From IMG/VR virus record IMGVR_UViG_3300032323_002909, positions 1-64,000 of that record: 64,000 nt of DNA. One strand, 5' to 3'. Shown one piece after another: positions 25,110-34,368 of this stretch (the stretch's first letter is position 1; each line of letters begins with the position of its first letter). The position numbers and the translations under genes are program-made. Origin of the DNA: a virus. The notes beneath the pieces were generated by a model. The model searched no databases. It saw nothing but the letters and a program-made list of their open reading frames with translations, and was not told where the DNA came from.

Positions 25110-26624
25110 ATGAAGTCATTTAAAAATTTTTACACTGAACAATATATTGAGGATTTCGATCAAAATTGGCAGAAGGCTGTGAACTCGTCCGAAGAACTTC
25201 GGGTGGCATTGGATTTGATCAAAAATATTAAATCCAAACACCAAGGGGAGATTTATATCGTCGGTGGTGTTCCTAGAGATATTTTAATGGGTAATGATAT
25301 CGATGATGTGGACATGGCGACCAATATTCCATTTGAAAAGATTGCACAAGATTTTGATATTAGAAACATTTCAAAGAATGATTCTCAGCCAGTGTATACC
25401 ATTTTATGGAAAGGTTATAATTTTGATTTGGCAAAATTTAGAGAAGATTCTGGTGATCTTGGTAGACAAAACAACGTATCTACTGAAACGGATTCATTCG
25501 AAGCAGATACCCGTAGAAGAGACTTAACGATCAATTCTTTTGGACTTGATGAAAATGGTTCGATTGTCGATTATCAGGGCGGTCTAGAAGATCTTAAAAA
25601 CAAGATTGTTCGTGCTGTGGGTGATCCTAAGAAAAGATTTTTGGAAGATGCTACCAGAATTTTGCGGGTATTTCGATTTGCAGCTAAAATGGATTTTGAT
25701 ATTGAAGAGAATACCAAAAGAGCAGCCATCGAATTGAAGAAATTACTCCAAGATCCCAAGGCAATTTCGAAAGAAAGTATCTCAAAAGAATTTTACAAGT
25801 CTGCCAAAAGTGGAAAAACACTTGCAAACTTTTTGAAAAAATTACAGGACACTGGAATTCTACATGATATTCTTCCAGAGTTTACTAGCATGGAAGGCTT
25901 TGACCACGATCCCCAACACCACCCCGAAGGAGAGTCTCAAGTTCTGGGTCATATATATGAATGCTTGAGAGTTTCACCTTACACAGATCCTGTCATCAAT
26001 TTAGCAGTTCTGTTTCACGATTTCGGCAAAGCTACGACTCGTGGTAGTAAACCAAACGGATTTAGTAATTATTATGGGCATGAAGCAGCGGGTGTTCCCA
26101 TCGTGGAAAATATTTTCGAACGTTTACTCTTCACTGAATTATCTCCGAGTGATAAGAAAAATATTCTGAGCGCAGTGGGCAAGCATATGCTTGTGCATAA
26201 TCTCGATAAATTAAACATTAAAACATTGACGAAATTAATTCAAGATCCATCATGGGAAACTATCAAAGCTGTTGGATATTGCGATGAAGCATCAAGAGGA
26301 GATCAATTATTCAACAAACAAGAGTTTGAAGATAAAATAAAAAGAGCCGAAGAAAAAGTTTCCAATATTGGAGCCAATCAGGATGATACTCGTAAGCGAT
26401 TAAAACAATATTTCGATGGTAAAAAATTAATGGAATGGTTTCCTGTTCTCAAAAATGACAAGACCAAATTCAAAGATATTGTGGAGGCATTGAACGAATA
26501 CGTATTGGAAACTCTTAATAAAGGTAATACGCCCAACGATGATGAGATGCGAGAAATCGCAGGTGATATATTAGGGACTGGTAGATTCAATGAATCTTTC
26601 AAAAGATATTTAAAGTCTCTATAA
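25110..26624 (+). CDS. cca: CCA-adding tRNA nucleotidyltransferase with HD domain
   Basis: YIVGGVPRD, DVDMAT, RRDLTIN, EDATRILR, HHPEG, LFHDFGK motifs. Confidence 0.9.
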   Translation: MKSFKNFYTEQYIEDFDQNWQKAVNSSEELRVALDLIKNIKSKHQGEIYIVGGVPRDILMGNDIDDVDMATNIPFEKIAQDFDIRNISKNDSQPVYTILWKGYNFDLAKFREDSGDLGRQNNVSTETDSFEADTRRRDLTINSFGLDENGSIVDYQGGLEDLKNKIVRAVGDPKKRFLEDATRILRVFRFAAKMDFDIEENTKRAAIELKKLLQDPKAISKESISKEFYKSAKSGKTLANFLKKLQDTGILHDILPEFTSMEGFDHDPQHHPEGESQVLGHIYECLRVSPYTDPVINLAVLFHDFGKATTRGSKPNGFSNYYGHEAAGVPIVENIFERLLFTELSPSDKKNILSAVGKHMLVHNLDKLNIKTLTKLIQDPSWETIKAVGYCDEASRGDQLFNKQEFEDKIKRAEEKVSNIGANQDDTRKRLKQYFDGKKLMEWFPVLKNDKTKFKDIVEALNEYVLETLNKGNTPNDDEMREIAGDILGTGRFNESFKRYLKSL

Positions 26625-27494
26625 TTACATTATAGATACGGTTCCTATATGAGAACCAACATAATAATCGAATAATTGCTCTAGAATTGGTTTGAATTCG
26701 TATTCGATTAAATTGTTTGCGGTATCTTCGTCTTGTAATTTATACATTCGACCTGTGTTTCTACCCCATGCTTTTTTATTATCGCTCATTAGAATTTCGG
26801 GGGCTGGATTTAAATTTAATTCTCCATCATGTAACAACCAATATGCGAAACATTCGTGGTAAAATTCTGCGGGTCTGGGTAAAAGTTCCCTTCGAGCACT
26901 TCTAAATTTACCGATTTTTTGAAATAAATCTCTGATCGAATACATTTCAGAATATCTTAAATTAGTATATGCGGGTGTGTTCATACCATAGCATTCTAAA
27001 ATTTCTTTTAGAATTCTTGATATTTCCCTATCATAATATTTGATACTGTTATCATTTTGTCTACTACGAAATGTAGCAGCAAACGCATGTCCGATCCTAT
27101 GAGTTATCGTCCAAGGTGTCAGTGGAACTTTCTCAGCTGCTGCATTATTGGTAAAAATAACAGTAACTTCGTTATCATCTGGAAGTGGGAAGTCACGTCC
27201 TGCTTTAACACCAATTAGTTCTTCCAATTGGTTGATATCCACAATTCCTCTTTCTGCTTGCTTCCAAGCATTTGGTAACTTGACAAAATATAAATTAAAA
27301 TCCCAATTGCTTATATTGTTATATTTTTGTTCTAGTTTTTTCAAACCTGCGGGAGAAGACAAAATTCCTATAGAAGCTTTATCATAACCATGGCGATTTT
27401 TTTTATCATCCCATTTACCAATTTTTTTCAAATTGGTTAGAGCCATCTCATTATAGATAGCTTCAAAATTTTCTATATCTTTTTTAAATCCCAT
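26625..27494 (-). CDS. putative internal virion protein (HxxGH motif)
   Basis: TPWTITHRIGHA, EFYHECFA; TAAATA late promoter. Confidence 0.6.
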   Translation of the reverse strand: MGFKKDIENFEAIYNEMALTNLKKIGKWDDKKNRHGYDKASIGILSSPAGLKKLEQKYNNISNWDFNLYFVKLPNAWKQAERGIVDINQLEELIGVKAGRDFPLPDDNEVTVIFTNNAAAEKVPLTPWTITHRIGHAFAATFRSRQNDNSIKYYDREISRILKEILECYGMNTPAYTNLRYSEMYSIRDLFQKIGKFRSARRELLPRPAEFYHECFAYWLLHDGELNLNPAPEILMSDNKKAWGRNTGRMYKLQDEDTANNLIEYEFKPILEQLFDYYVGSHIGTVSIM

Positions 27495-27515
27495 GCTATT
27501 ATTTAATAAATAAAA

Positions 27516-27740
27516 TCAATCCTTATGTTGTTTTTCCATTTTGGTGTAATATTTGGGATCTTCCTCGACGTGTTGCTTTGAAATAGTCCTAGCTATTTTT
27601 TTACCCTCTTTAGTGTTTCTTTTTTTAGGAGCGATGTGCTCTTGTTCGACTTCTTCACCTTTTTCAATTTCTTGTTCTGGTAAATCTTTTTTATTTACTT
27701 TTTTCATGTATTCATCGAAGAATTTGTCGAATTTTTTCAT
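27516..27740 (-). CDS. DUF5661-like small protein
   Basis: G.EVEQEH...A..I..QH.EEDPKYYTK. Confidence 0.7.
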   Translation of the reverse strand: MKKFDKFFDEYMKKVNKKDLPEQEIEKGEEVEQEHIAPKKRNTKEGKKIARTISKQHVEEDPKYYTKMEKQHKD

Positions 27741-27782
27741 AATAGTATTTATCATTTATTTCAAATACTATTAAATATAAAT

Positions 27783-29576
27783 ATGCATGTTTCAGACGAT
27801 TTAGAATTGGTTTATTTATATGAACAAATTATTACAGAAGGATTGGAAGATAAAATTCCCAAATTGATCAATTTGGTTCCTAATAACATAGAAAATAAAG
27901 AAGACTATATTCGTTGGGCTGCTGAAACTTTCGACCCTACTAAAAATTCGGAATATATCACATGGGTTTTGCGAATGTTGAAAAGTGGTGTTATAAGTGG
28001 CGAAGAAGATAGTGATAAAGTTAAAGAACGTTTATTAAACTTCACTGAGCTTAAAAGAAAACCACAATTTCCAAAAGATAAAAGAGATATTAATTCCTAT
28101 AAATCATATGGTGATTTAGCTGAAACATTAGATGAATTTCAGGGAATAAAGACCAAAGGCGAAGTGAAACGAGAGTCTTTGGAAGAAGGTATTGAATTTA
28201 TCGACTCATCTAGCGGCGAAGAAGGTAAGGGTACAAACTTATATATCGTAACAACTGAAGAGGCAGCTGCAAAATACTTTAGGCAAACTGAATGGTGCGT
28301 CAAAGATCCTAGATTTTTTAATAATTATGGACCACCATATTATTTCTTTACAGAAGATGGGGAACCAAAAACTTTATTACATTTAAATTCTAATCAATGT
28401 ATGGATGTGAGGGATCGCCCAACAGATTTAGATCGTGATGAGAAAGAATTGATGGAATCCGAAAAAATGACGAATTATGTCATGGAAAATGATAACTCGG
28501 ATGCAGCGCTATCATTTTACACCGAGAAAGTTGGTGGGGGTTATGATGATGCAATTAGCAATATTTTTTGGGGAAAAATAGATAGTCTCATGAAAGGAGC
28601 TAATTCGGAATTAGAAATGTTCAGTATCAACGAACCATATAGTACAGATGATCTCGAATATTACGAACCAGAGGGTTATGGATATATCGAATATGACATG
28701 TCTCCTTATGAAGATTATATAAATGACCGAGATTTTCTTAACGCTTTAGCTGATGTTTTGAATAAATTTGATATATATCCAGATGAATTTTCATATAGCG
28801 AACCAATTTCACAAGATTTGAAAGGCATCGGATTTAATATCAGAAATGAAAATAATTATTATAGAAGAGATTCGATAGTCGATAAATTAGAATCTTTTAT
28901 AAGAGAATTAGAAGGTATCGAACGAAACTTCAATATTGACTCATTCGGAGAACATCTTCAAGAAGTAATGATTGATAAAGGATATTTATCTTCGGATTGG
29001 AGTAATTTTAAAAATAAAGTATCTTTAAACGATATTCAGTTTAAAAATTTTGAAAGAAGTGGTGGTTCTACTGATATTTTTAAAAGTAATCCAGTAGATG
29101 TGGGTTCCTTTGTGAAGGGCGCAAAAGACTTTACTATATCATCAGATTTGACCAAAAAATATAGACGGGATCAACACCCGTATGTTTTAGTATCAGAATT
29201 CTTAAAACCATTCATTTCTCGTGGATTGGAAGTTAGAATTACAGATGGGGCAATGAAGATGGGATTTAGTTACGAGCCAATGTATGAAAAAGATAAAACT
29301 GGTAGAGAATACGTTCGGGGATTGAAAGCAATTAAAGATTTTGATACCCACTTCGAGTTTTATGCGGATCAAATCAGAAACTTTTTTGAGAAGTATGTGA
29401 CCCCATATTTAGAAAATAAAGCCGATGGTAGTGATGATTATAACATACCATCAGATATAAAAATACCACTAATACAAATTAAAAGCAGAAAAGAAAGTGG
29501 TGAGCAAATGACATTAGATTTACACGAGAAGAGAATACAAAATTATGTCAATTGCTTAAAATTAAAAAACTGGTAA
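27783..29576 (+). CDS. putative internal virion protein
   Basis: IITE site; KRDINSYKS, TEWCV motifs; late promoter. Confidence 0.6.
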   Translation: MHVSDDLELVYLYEQIITEGLEDKIPKLINLVPNNIENKEDYIRWAAETFDPTKNSEYITWVLRMLKSGVISGEEDSDKVKERLLNFTELKRKPQFPKDKRDINSYKSYGDLAETLDEFQGIKTKGEVKRESLEEGIEFIDSSSGEEGKGTNLYIVTTEEAAAKYFRQTEWCVKDPRFFNNYGPPYYFFTEDGEPKTLLHLNSNQCMDVRDRPTDLDRDEKELMESEKMTNYVMENDNSDAALSFYTEKVGGGYDDAISNIFWGKIDSLMKGANSELEMFSINEPYSTDDLEYYEPEGYGYIEYDMSPYEDYINDRDFLNALADVLNKFDIYPDEFSYSEPISQDLKGIGFNIRNENNYYRRDSIVDKLESFIRELEGIERNFNIDSFGEHLQEVMIDKGYLSSDWSNFKNKVSLNDIQFKNFERSGGSTDIFKSNPVDVGSFVKGAKDFTISSDLTKKYRRDQHPYVLVSEFLKPFISRGLEVRITDGAMKMGFSYEPMYEKDKTGREYVRGLKAIKDFDTHFEFYADQIRNFFEKYVTPYLENKADGSDDYNIPSDIKIPLIQIKSRKESGEQMTLDLHEKRIQNYVNCLKLKNW

Positions 29577-29601
29577 TATATAATTACCAGTTTTTTATCA
29601 A

Positions 29602-29928
29602 TTATCTATTATCTCCAGAACCAGATATTTTATTTCTCTGTTGTCGAGAATATAATTTATCCAAATTCATTTGGGCGATTTCTTGCAATGGATAACCAAG
29701 ATCTTTGGCGAGAACCGCACAATACCACAGGACATCGCCAATTTCTTTTGCAATTTCTTTTTTGTGGTCGTCAGTAAATACGCCATTATTGTCGCGTAAT
29801 ACTTTCTTAACTTTATCCGAAACTTCACCAGCCTCTCCAGTAAGTCCTAGTGTTGGATAAATAATGGATTGTCCTTCACCATAAATAGCAGTGCTTGAAG
29901 CATTTTTTTGATATTCATTTAAGTTCAT
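29602..29928 (-). CDS. mazG: MazG-like nucleotide pyrophosphohydrolase
   Basis: LGLTGEAGEV...KEIGDVLWY...NLDKL..R..R..ISGSGDNR. Confidence 0.9.
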   Translation of the reverse strand: MNLNEYQKNASSTAIYGEGQSIIYPTLGLTGEAGEVSDKVKKVLRDNNGVFTDDHKKEIAKEIGDVLWYCAVLAKDLGYPLQEIAQMNLDKLYSRQQRNKISGSGDNR

Positions 29929-30227
29929 GAATCTATCTTATCATTGTCCAAATATTTGTCAAATAGCATTGTGATATAATCCGCAAACCAACACACTGAA
30001 GATGAATAAAATCCCCACATTGTCATCATTGGTAATGAACCACCCCAAAAACAACCAAAAAAACAGCCAACCCAAAATCCCAAACACATGCAACATTTAA
30101 AAAGTTTTTCGAAAAAATCTTTTCTGGATAAAAATTTTCTAATAGGGTCTAAAATAGACCCATATTTAAGAATAAAACAACACCCTATTAATACAAATGT
30201 TTGGAAAAACAATTCCATATTAACCAA
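29925..30227 (-). CDS. DUF1360-like membrane protein
   Basis: C.MC.GFWVG motif, hydrophobic helices. Confidence 0.6.
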   Translation of the reverse strand: MVNMELFFQTFVLIGCCFILKYGSILDPIRKFLSRKDFFEKLFKCCMCLGFWVGCFFGCFWGGSLPMMTMWGFYSSSVCWFADYITMLFDKYLDNDKIDS

Positions 30228-30417
30228 GAATAAGTTTTTGGTTTTCGATAGTTTTTACACCATCCGAAATCAGCAAAGCTTCATCTTTTTTAACTATAAT
30301 TTTATTACCAAAATCATCAGTAATTTCAACCATACCATCCTGTAATTCTGTAACTACAGGACATCCACGACCTTTGCAGCACAATTTAACACTATTATCA
30401 TTTATAATTTTAATCAT
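30220..30417 (-). CDS. hypothetical protein
   Basis: CC..RGCP...ITDDFG. Confidence 0.65.
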   Translation of the reverse strand: MIKIINDNSVKLCCKGRGCPVVTELQDGMVEITDDFGNKIIVKKDEALLISDGVKTIENQKLILG

Positions 30418-30462
30418 AACAGTAATATTTAGTAGGGTTATATTCTTTTACAATAACATTTA

Positions 30463-31098
30463 TCAATATTTAAATGCTTCTAGTGAATATTTAAAAGGAT
30501 TATTCGGTAATTGTCTTACTTGTTGTAACATTTCTTCGGCAACCATTCTGGTCTCAAGTTGGGTATCGGATTTCAATCTCAATCCCCAGAAATGGAAATA
30601 AGCCAGTAAACTACCTGTCCAAATAAATTGTGTTTCTAATGCTAGTGGAAGTATAATTCTAGCTTGTTCCTTAGCTACACCAGCTTCACACAACTCAGAA
30701 TAAAGAGATGCGCCGTCTTGGATATGTTGTTCTATTTTTTCTAAAAGATCTTTTCGTTCTAAAAATCCTTCACTTCCTTGTTTAGAAGATTTTGATTGTT
30801 TTCGGAGATGATCAATTTTCCAGTATTTGTCACTGAAATCAACATATCTACCACTAATACTATTCGCCGATAAACCGACCTGATGTTTGAACAATTGCCT
30901 TTCTACAAAGATGGGGCATTCGATTCTGAATTGTAATTGTGGATGTCTAAACGGAGCGGTATGTTTATGTTCGACGAGATACTTGATAAGTTTAGCATCT
31001 CTATCGTCAAAGAGTTCCTTTACTTTACCGTAACTAACACGTGCAGCATTCACAACCATCAGGTCATCTCCAAAGTAATTTATTAATTCAATTTTCAT
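30463..31098 (-). CDS. thyX: flavin-dependent thymidylate synthase
   Basis: VNAARVS, HTAPF, RQ..KH, SGRY, KEQAR.ILP, LR...TQ.E. Confidence 0.95.
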   Translation of the reverse strand: MKIELINYFGDDLMVVNAARVSYGKVKELFDDRDAKLIKYLVEHKHTAPFRHPQLQFRIECPIFVERQLFKHQVGLSANSISGRYVDFSDKYWKIDHLRKQSKSSKQGSEGFLERKDLLEKIEQHIQDGASLYSELCEAGVAKEQARIILPLALETQFIWTGSLLAYFHFWGLRLKSDTQLETRMVAEEMLQQVRQLPNNPFKYSLEAFKY

Positions 31099-31155
31099 TA
31101 TTTTTATAGAAAATATAATAACATTATATCTATCGTTGTCAAGTTAAATAATAGT

Positions 31156-31563
31156 ATGTCCACTATTAATAAAAAAATATTTCCAGATGATGTCGAATTA
31201 AAAGATATGGGTATCTATAACAATACTAGAAAATTTAAACTTTTGAAAGATTTTCGTTGTATTTATAATGACCATAAAATTACTGTCAAGAAAGGATTCA
31301 TCACAGATGGTGTATCTTCTCCAAAATTTGCGTGGCCCATTGTAGGACCATTTGGTAACGCCTTTACTGCTGCGTTAGTCCATGATTGGTGTTTCTCACC
31401 TTATAATGAAAAGTATTCTTGGAAGGAATCGAATTGGCTCTTTCTTCAACTAATGAAAGAATCGGGAGTTGGATTTGCTATGAGATGGGCTATTTATAGT
31501 GCTGTCGTAGCAGGATCTTTTCCAATGTGGTTAAATAGATTTGAAAATTATGGACTCAAATAA
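31156..31563 (+). CDS. DUF1353 family protein
   Basis: GFITDG.S.P...AALVHDW. Confidence 0.8.
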   Translation: MSTINKKIFPDDVELKDMGIYNNTRKFKLLKDFRCIYNDHKITVKKGFITDGVSSPKFAWPIVGPFGNAFTAALVHDWCFSPYNEKYSWKESNWLFLQLMKESGVGFAMRWAIYSAVVAGSFPMWLNRFENYGLK

Positions 31564-32326
31564 TAAAAATGATTTAGTAAAACGTGTTCAACGTTTACTA
31601 GGAGTCGGCGCAGATGGTGTCGCTGGAAATGTAACATGGCGAGCAATTGAGGGGCGAATTACTGGTAATAATTTGGGGTCTACTAATAAACAGCGCATAA
31701 TAAATGTGCAAAAATTTTTAAAATTAAAAGACGATGGTATCGATGGATTAATTACTTGGAACGCTATTTTAAATACTTTGTCTCAAACGCCATCATCCAC
31801 CACAGTAATTACACAAAATAGTAATTATTCTGAAACTATTAAACTTTCCAATCAAACCAATGGTAAGTATGCGCAGTCCATAAAACCAGAAGCTATTGTT
31901 CTACACCATACAAGTGGGAATTATGAAGGCTCTATAGCGTGGACAAATAGGGTATTTAATGAAAAAGGAAAGCGTTTGTATGGGTCTTATCATTGTATTG
32001 TTGCAAGAGATGGTAGACGAACTATTACAAATTCAGATACAAACAGGGCATATCACGCAGGTCCATCTATATTTAAAGGTAAAACAAATTTAAATAATTG
32101 GTCTTTGGGTGTGGCATGGGAACGAGACACTTACAGTGAACCTTTATCCAATGCCGCTATTGAAAGTGCTTTGGAATATATTTTACCAAGAATGAAAAAA
32201 TGGGGAATTACTCCTGACAATGTTACCGACCATAGAACAGTTGCTCCCAATCGAAAAGATGATTTGGCTCCCAAAGAATATGCGAAGTTTATGAAAATAC
32301 TTCGTGAACGATGGGAAAAATATTAA
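31550..32326 (+). CDS. endolysin: PG-binding repeats plus N-acetylmuramoyl-L-alanine amidase
   Basis: DG..G..TW repeats; IVLHHT, SYH, AYHAG, DHR.VAP.RK.D. Confidence 0.88.
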   Translation: MDSNNKNDLVKRVQRLLGVGADGVAGNVTWRAIEGRITGNNLGSTNKQRIINVQKFLKLKDDGIDGLITWNAILNTLSQTPSSTTVITQNSNYSETIKLSNQTNGKYAQSIKPEAIVLHHTSGNYEGSIAWTNRVFNEKGKRLYGSYHCIVARDGRRTITNSDTNRAYHAGPSIFKGKTNLNNWSLGVAWERDTYSEPLSNAAIESALEYILPRMKKWGITPDNVTDHRTVAPNRKDDLAPKEYAKFMKILRERWEKY

Positions 32327-32628
32327 TTTAATCGTTGTTTTATTTTTGATAGGGCTAAACGCACCGCATTATGTTCGGACGAGTCGCCCTCAAATTCTTT
32401 TTCTACATCTGCAATGATTTCGAGAATATTTGATGGTTCTTCTTCTTGTTCACCATATACATGAGATGTTACCATGGGTGGTGCGACCCCTATAGTTTGT
32501 TTATTATAAGAAAGTTTTGTCCCAGCACTTTGAGGAGTTTCTTGATTTTTTACTCTTTGTGGGGGATTGAAACCAGTTTGATATTCTAAAATTAAATCGG
32601 AATATATGTTTTGTAAAAATTTATCCAT
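32323..32628 (-). CDS. hypothetical (putative virion) protein
   Basis: LILE site; TAAATA upstream. Confidence 0.6.
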   Translation of the reverse strand: MDKFLQNIYSDLILEYQTGFNPPQRVKNQETPQSAGTKLSYNKQTIGVAPPMVTSHVYGEQEEEPSNILEIIADVEKEFEGDSSEHNAVRLALSKIKQRLN

Positions 32629-32676
32629 GATATTATTTAATTTGCAATTCTAAAAAAACATGTTATATAATATATT

Positions 32677-33285
32677 ATGAATGTTTTGTCCGATAAATAT
32701 GCTACCAACGTTTCTTTAGACGATAACGAAGATGCTGAAATCGATACTAATTCAACGATTGAAATTATATCTAATAAAATTTTATTTTATGGAGACATTA
32801 CCGAATCCAATATTCTTCAGCTTAACAAAAACCTTTTTATATTGGATTCTAAACTTCAACGCCTTAAACATTCGCTCGATGGTTATGAGCCTGTTATAGA
32901 ATTACATTTAAATACTTTTGGTGGTTCGGTCTATGCAGCGTTGGCAACCGTTGATACCATCCGCAATTTGAAGACCAAGGTTCATACGTATGTTGATGGT
33001 AGTGTCGCTTCTGCTGGAACATTGATAAGCATAATAGGTGGAAAAAGATTTATGGGTAGCCATGCCCACTTATTGATACATCAATTGAGTGATGGTATGT
33101 ATGGCAAATTTCAAGAGATGGCTGATACAATGTATAATTGCACGAATCTCATGAACATGTTAAAAAATTATTATAAAAAATATACCAAAATCCCAATGAA
33201 AAAATTTGATGATTTAATTAAAAAGGACATTTGGTTATCCGCTGATGAATGTCTTCAGTATGGAATTATTGACGAAATTATTTGA
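32677..33285 (+). CDS. ClpP-like serine protease
   Basis: LNTFGGSV, VASAGT, LIHQLS, D.WLSADE...G.IDEI. Confidence 0.85.
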   Translation: MNVLSDKYATNVSLDDNEDAEIDTNSTIEIISNKILFYGDITESNILQLNKNLFILDSKLQRLKHSLDGYEPVIELHLNTFGGSVYAALATVDTIRNLKTKVHTYVDGSVASAGTLISIIGGKRFMGSHAHLLIHQLSDGMYGKFQEMADTMYNCTNLMNMLKNYYKKYTKIPMKKFDDLIKKDIWLSADECLQYGIIDEII

Positions 33286-33390
33286 ATAATGTTCTTGCTT
33301 TCACAATCCACTATGCTAGTATTTAGCACATCGAGCAAGAAAAAATGAATACGATAAACATTATTTTCTGGGGCTAAATAATAGACGATC

Positions 33391-34365
33391 ATGAGTATTT
33401 ACGACGAACAAATTAGTAGAAAACCAAACAAATATCCTTGGACAGAACAATTCATTAAAGTTATGCATGACGGTTTTTGGACTGATAAAGAATTCAGTTT
33501 TAAAACCGATTTACACCAATTCAAAACTGCATTAAACGATAAAGAACGCGAAATTATTGTCAGAACTTTATCCGCTATTGGGCAAATTGAAGTTGCTGTC
33601 AAAACATTTTGGGCTAAACTAGGAGAGAATTTACCACACCCATCTCTATCCGATCTTGGTTATGTGATGGCGAATGTTGAAGTCATACACAACAATGCAT
33701 ACGAGCGTCTATTATCCGTATTGGATATGGAAGATATTTTCGAGGAGAATCTTAAATTGGAGTGGATACAAGGACGAGTGAAGTATCTCAAAAAGTATAC
33801 TCATCGTTTCTACAAAGATTCCAAGAAACAATATTTATATGCTCTCATTTTATTCACTCTTTTTGTAGAGAATGTTTCTTTATTTTCACAATTTTATATT
33901 ATCAATTGGTTTGCTAAGAATAAAAATGTTTTGAAGGACACTGATCAACAAGTTCGTTATACAAGAAACGAAGAAGCTATCCACGCTATGGTTGGCATGA
34001 AAATTATCAATACCATTCGCGAAGAGCATCCTGAATTATTCGATGAGGAATTAGAGGAGCGTATCGCACATGAATCAGAGCAAGCGTTTTTAGCAGAAAG
34101 CAAAATCATCGATTGGATGGTCAACGGTATTGACGAGAGTGGTTTGTCTGCACCTATTCTCAAAGAATTTATCAAAAATAGGATAAATGAATCGTTGGCG
34201 GGTATCGGATTTAAAAAAGTGTTTGATGTCGATCAGACTTTGTTAGATGAAACATTCTGGTTTGACGAGCAAGTTCTTGCTCCAAACATGACGGATTTTT
34301 TTAATTCTAGACCAGTGGAATACGCTAAAAATTCACAATCTTACGACGAAGACGAATTATTTTAA
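33391..34365 (+). CDS. nrdB: ribonucleotide reductase class I beta subunit
   Basis: EVIH..AY, VENVSLFSQF, EEAIH, DFF..RPVEY. Confidence 0.93.
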   Translation: MSIYDEQISRKPNKYPWTEQFIKVMHDGFWTDKEFSFKTDLHQFKTALNDKEREIIVRTLSAIGQIEVAVKTFWAKLGENLPHPSLSDLGYVMANVEVIHNNAYERLLSVLDMEDIFEENLKLEWIQGRVKYLKKYTHRFYKDSKKQYLYALILFTLFVENVSLFSQFYIINWFAKNKNVLKDTDQQVRYTRNEEAIHAMVGMKIINTIREEHPELFDEELEERIAHESEQAFLAESKIIDWMVNGIDESGLSAPILKEFIKNRINESLAGIGFKKVFDVDQTLLDETFWFDEQVLAPNMTDFFNSRPVEYAKNSQSYDEDELF

Positions 34366-34368
34366 TAT

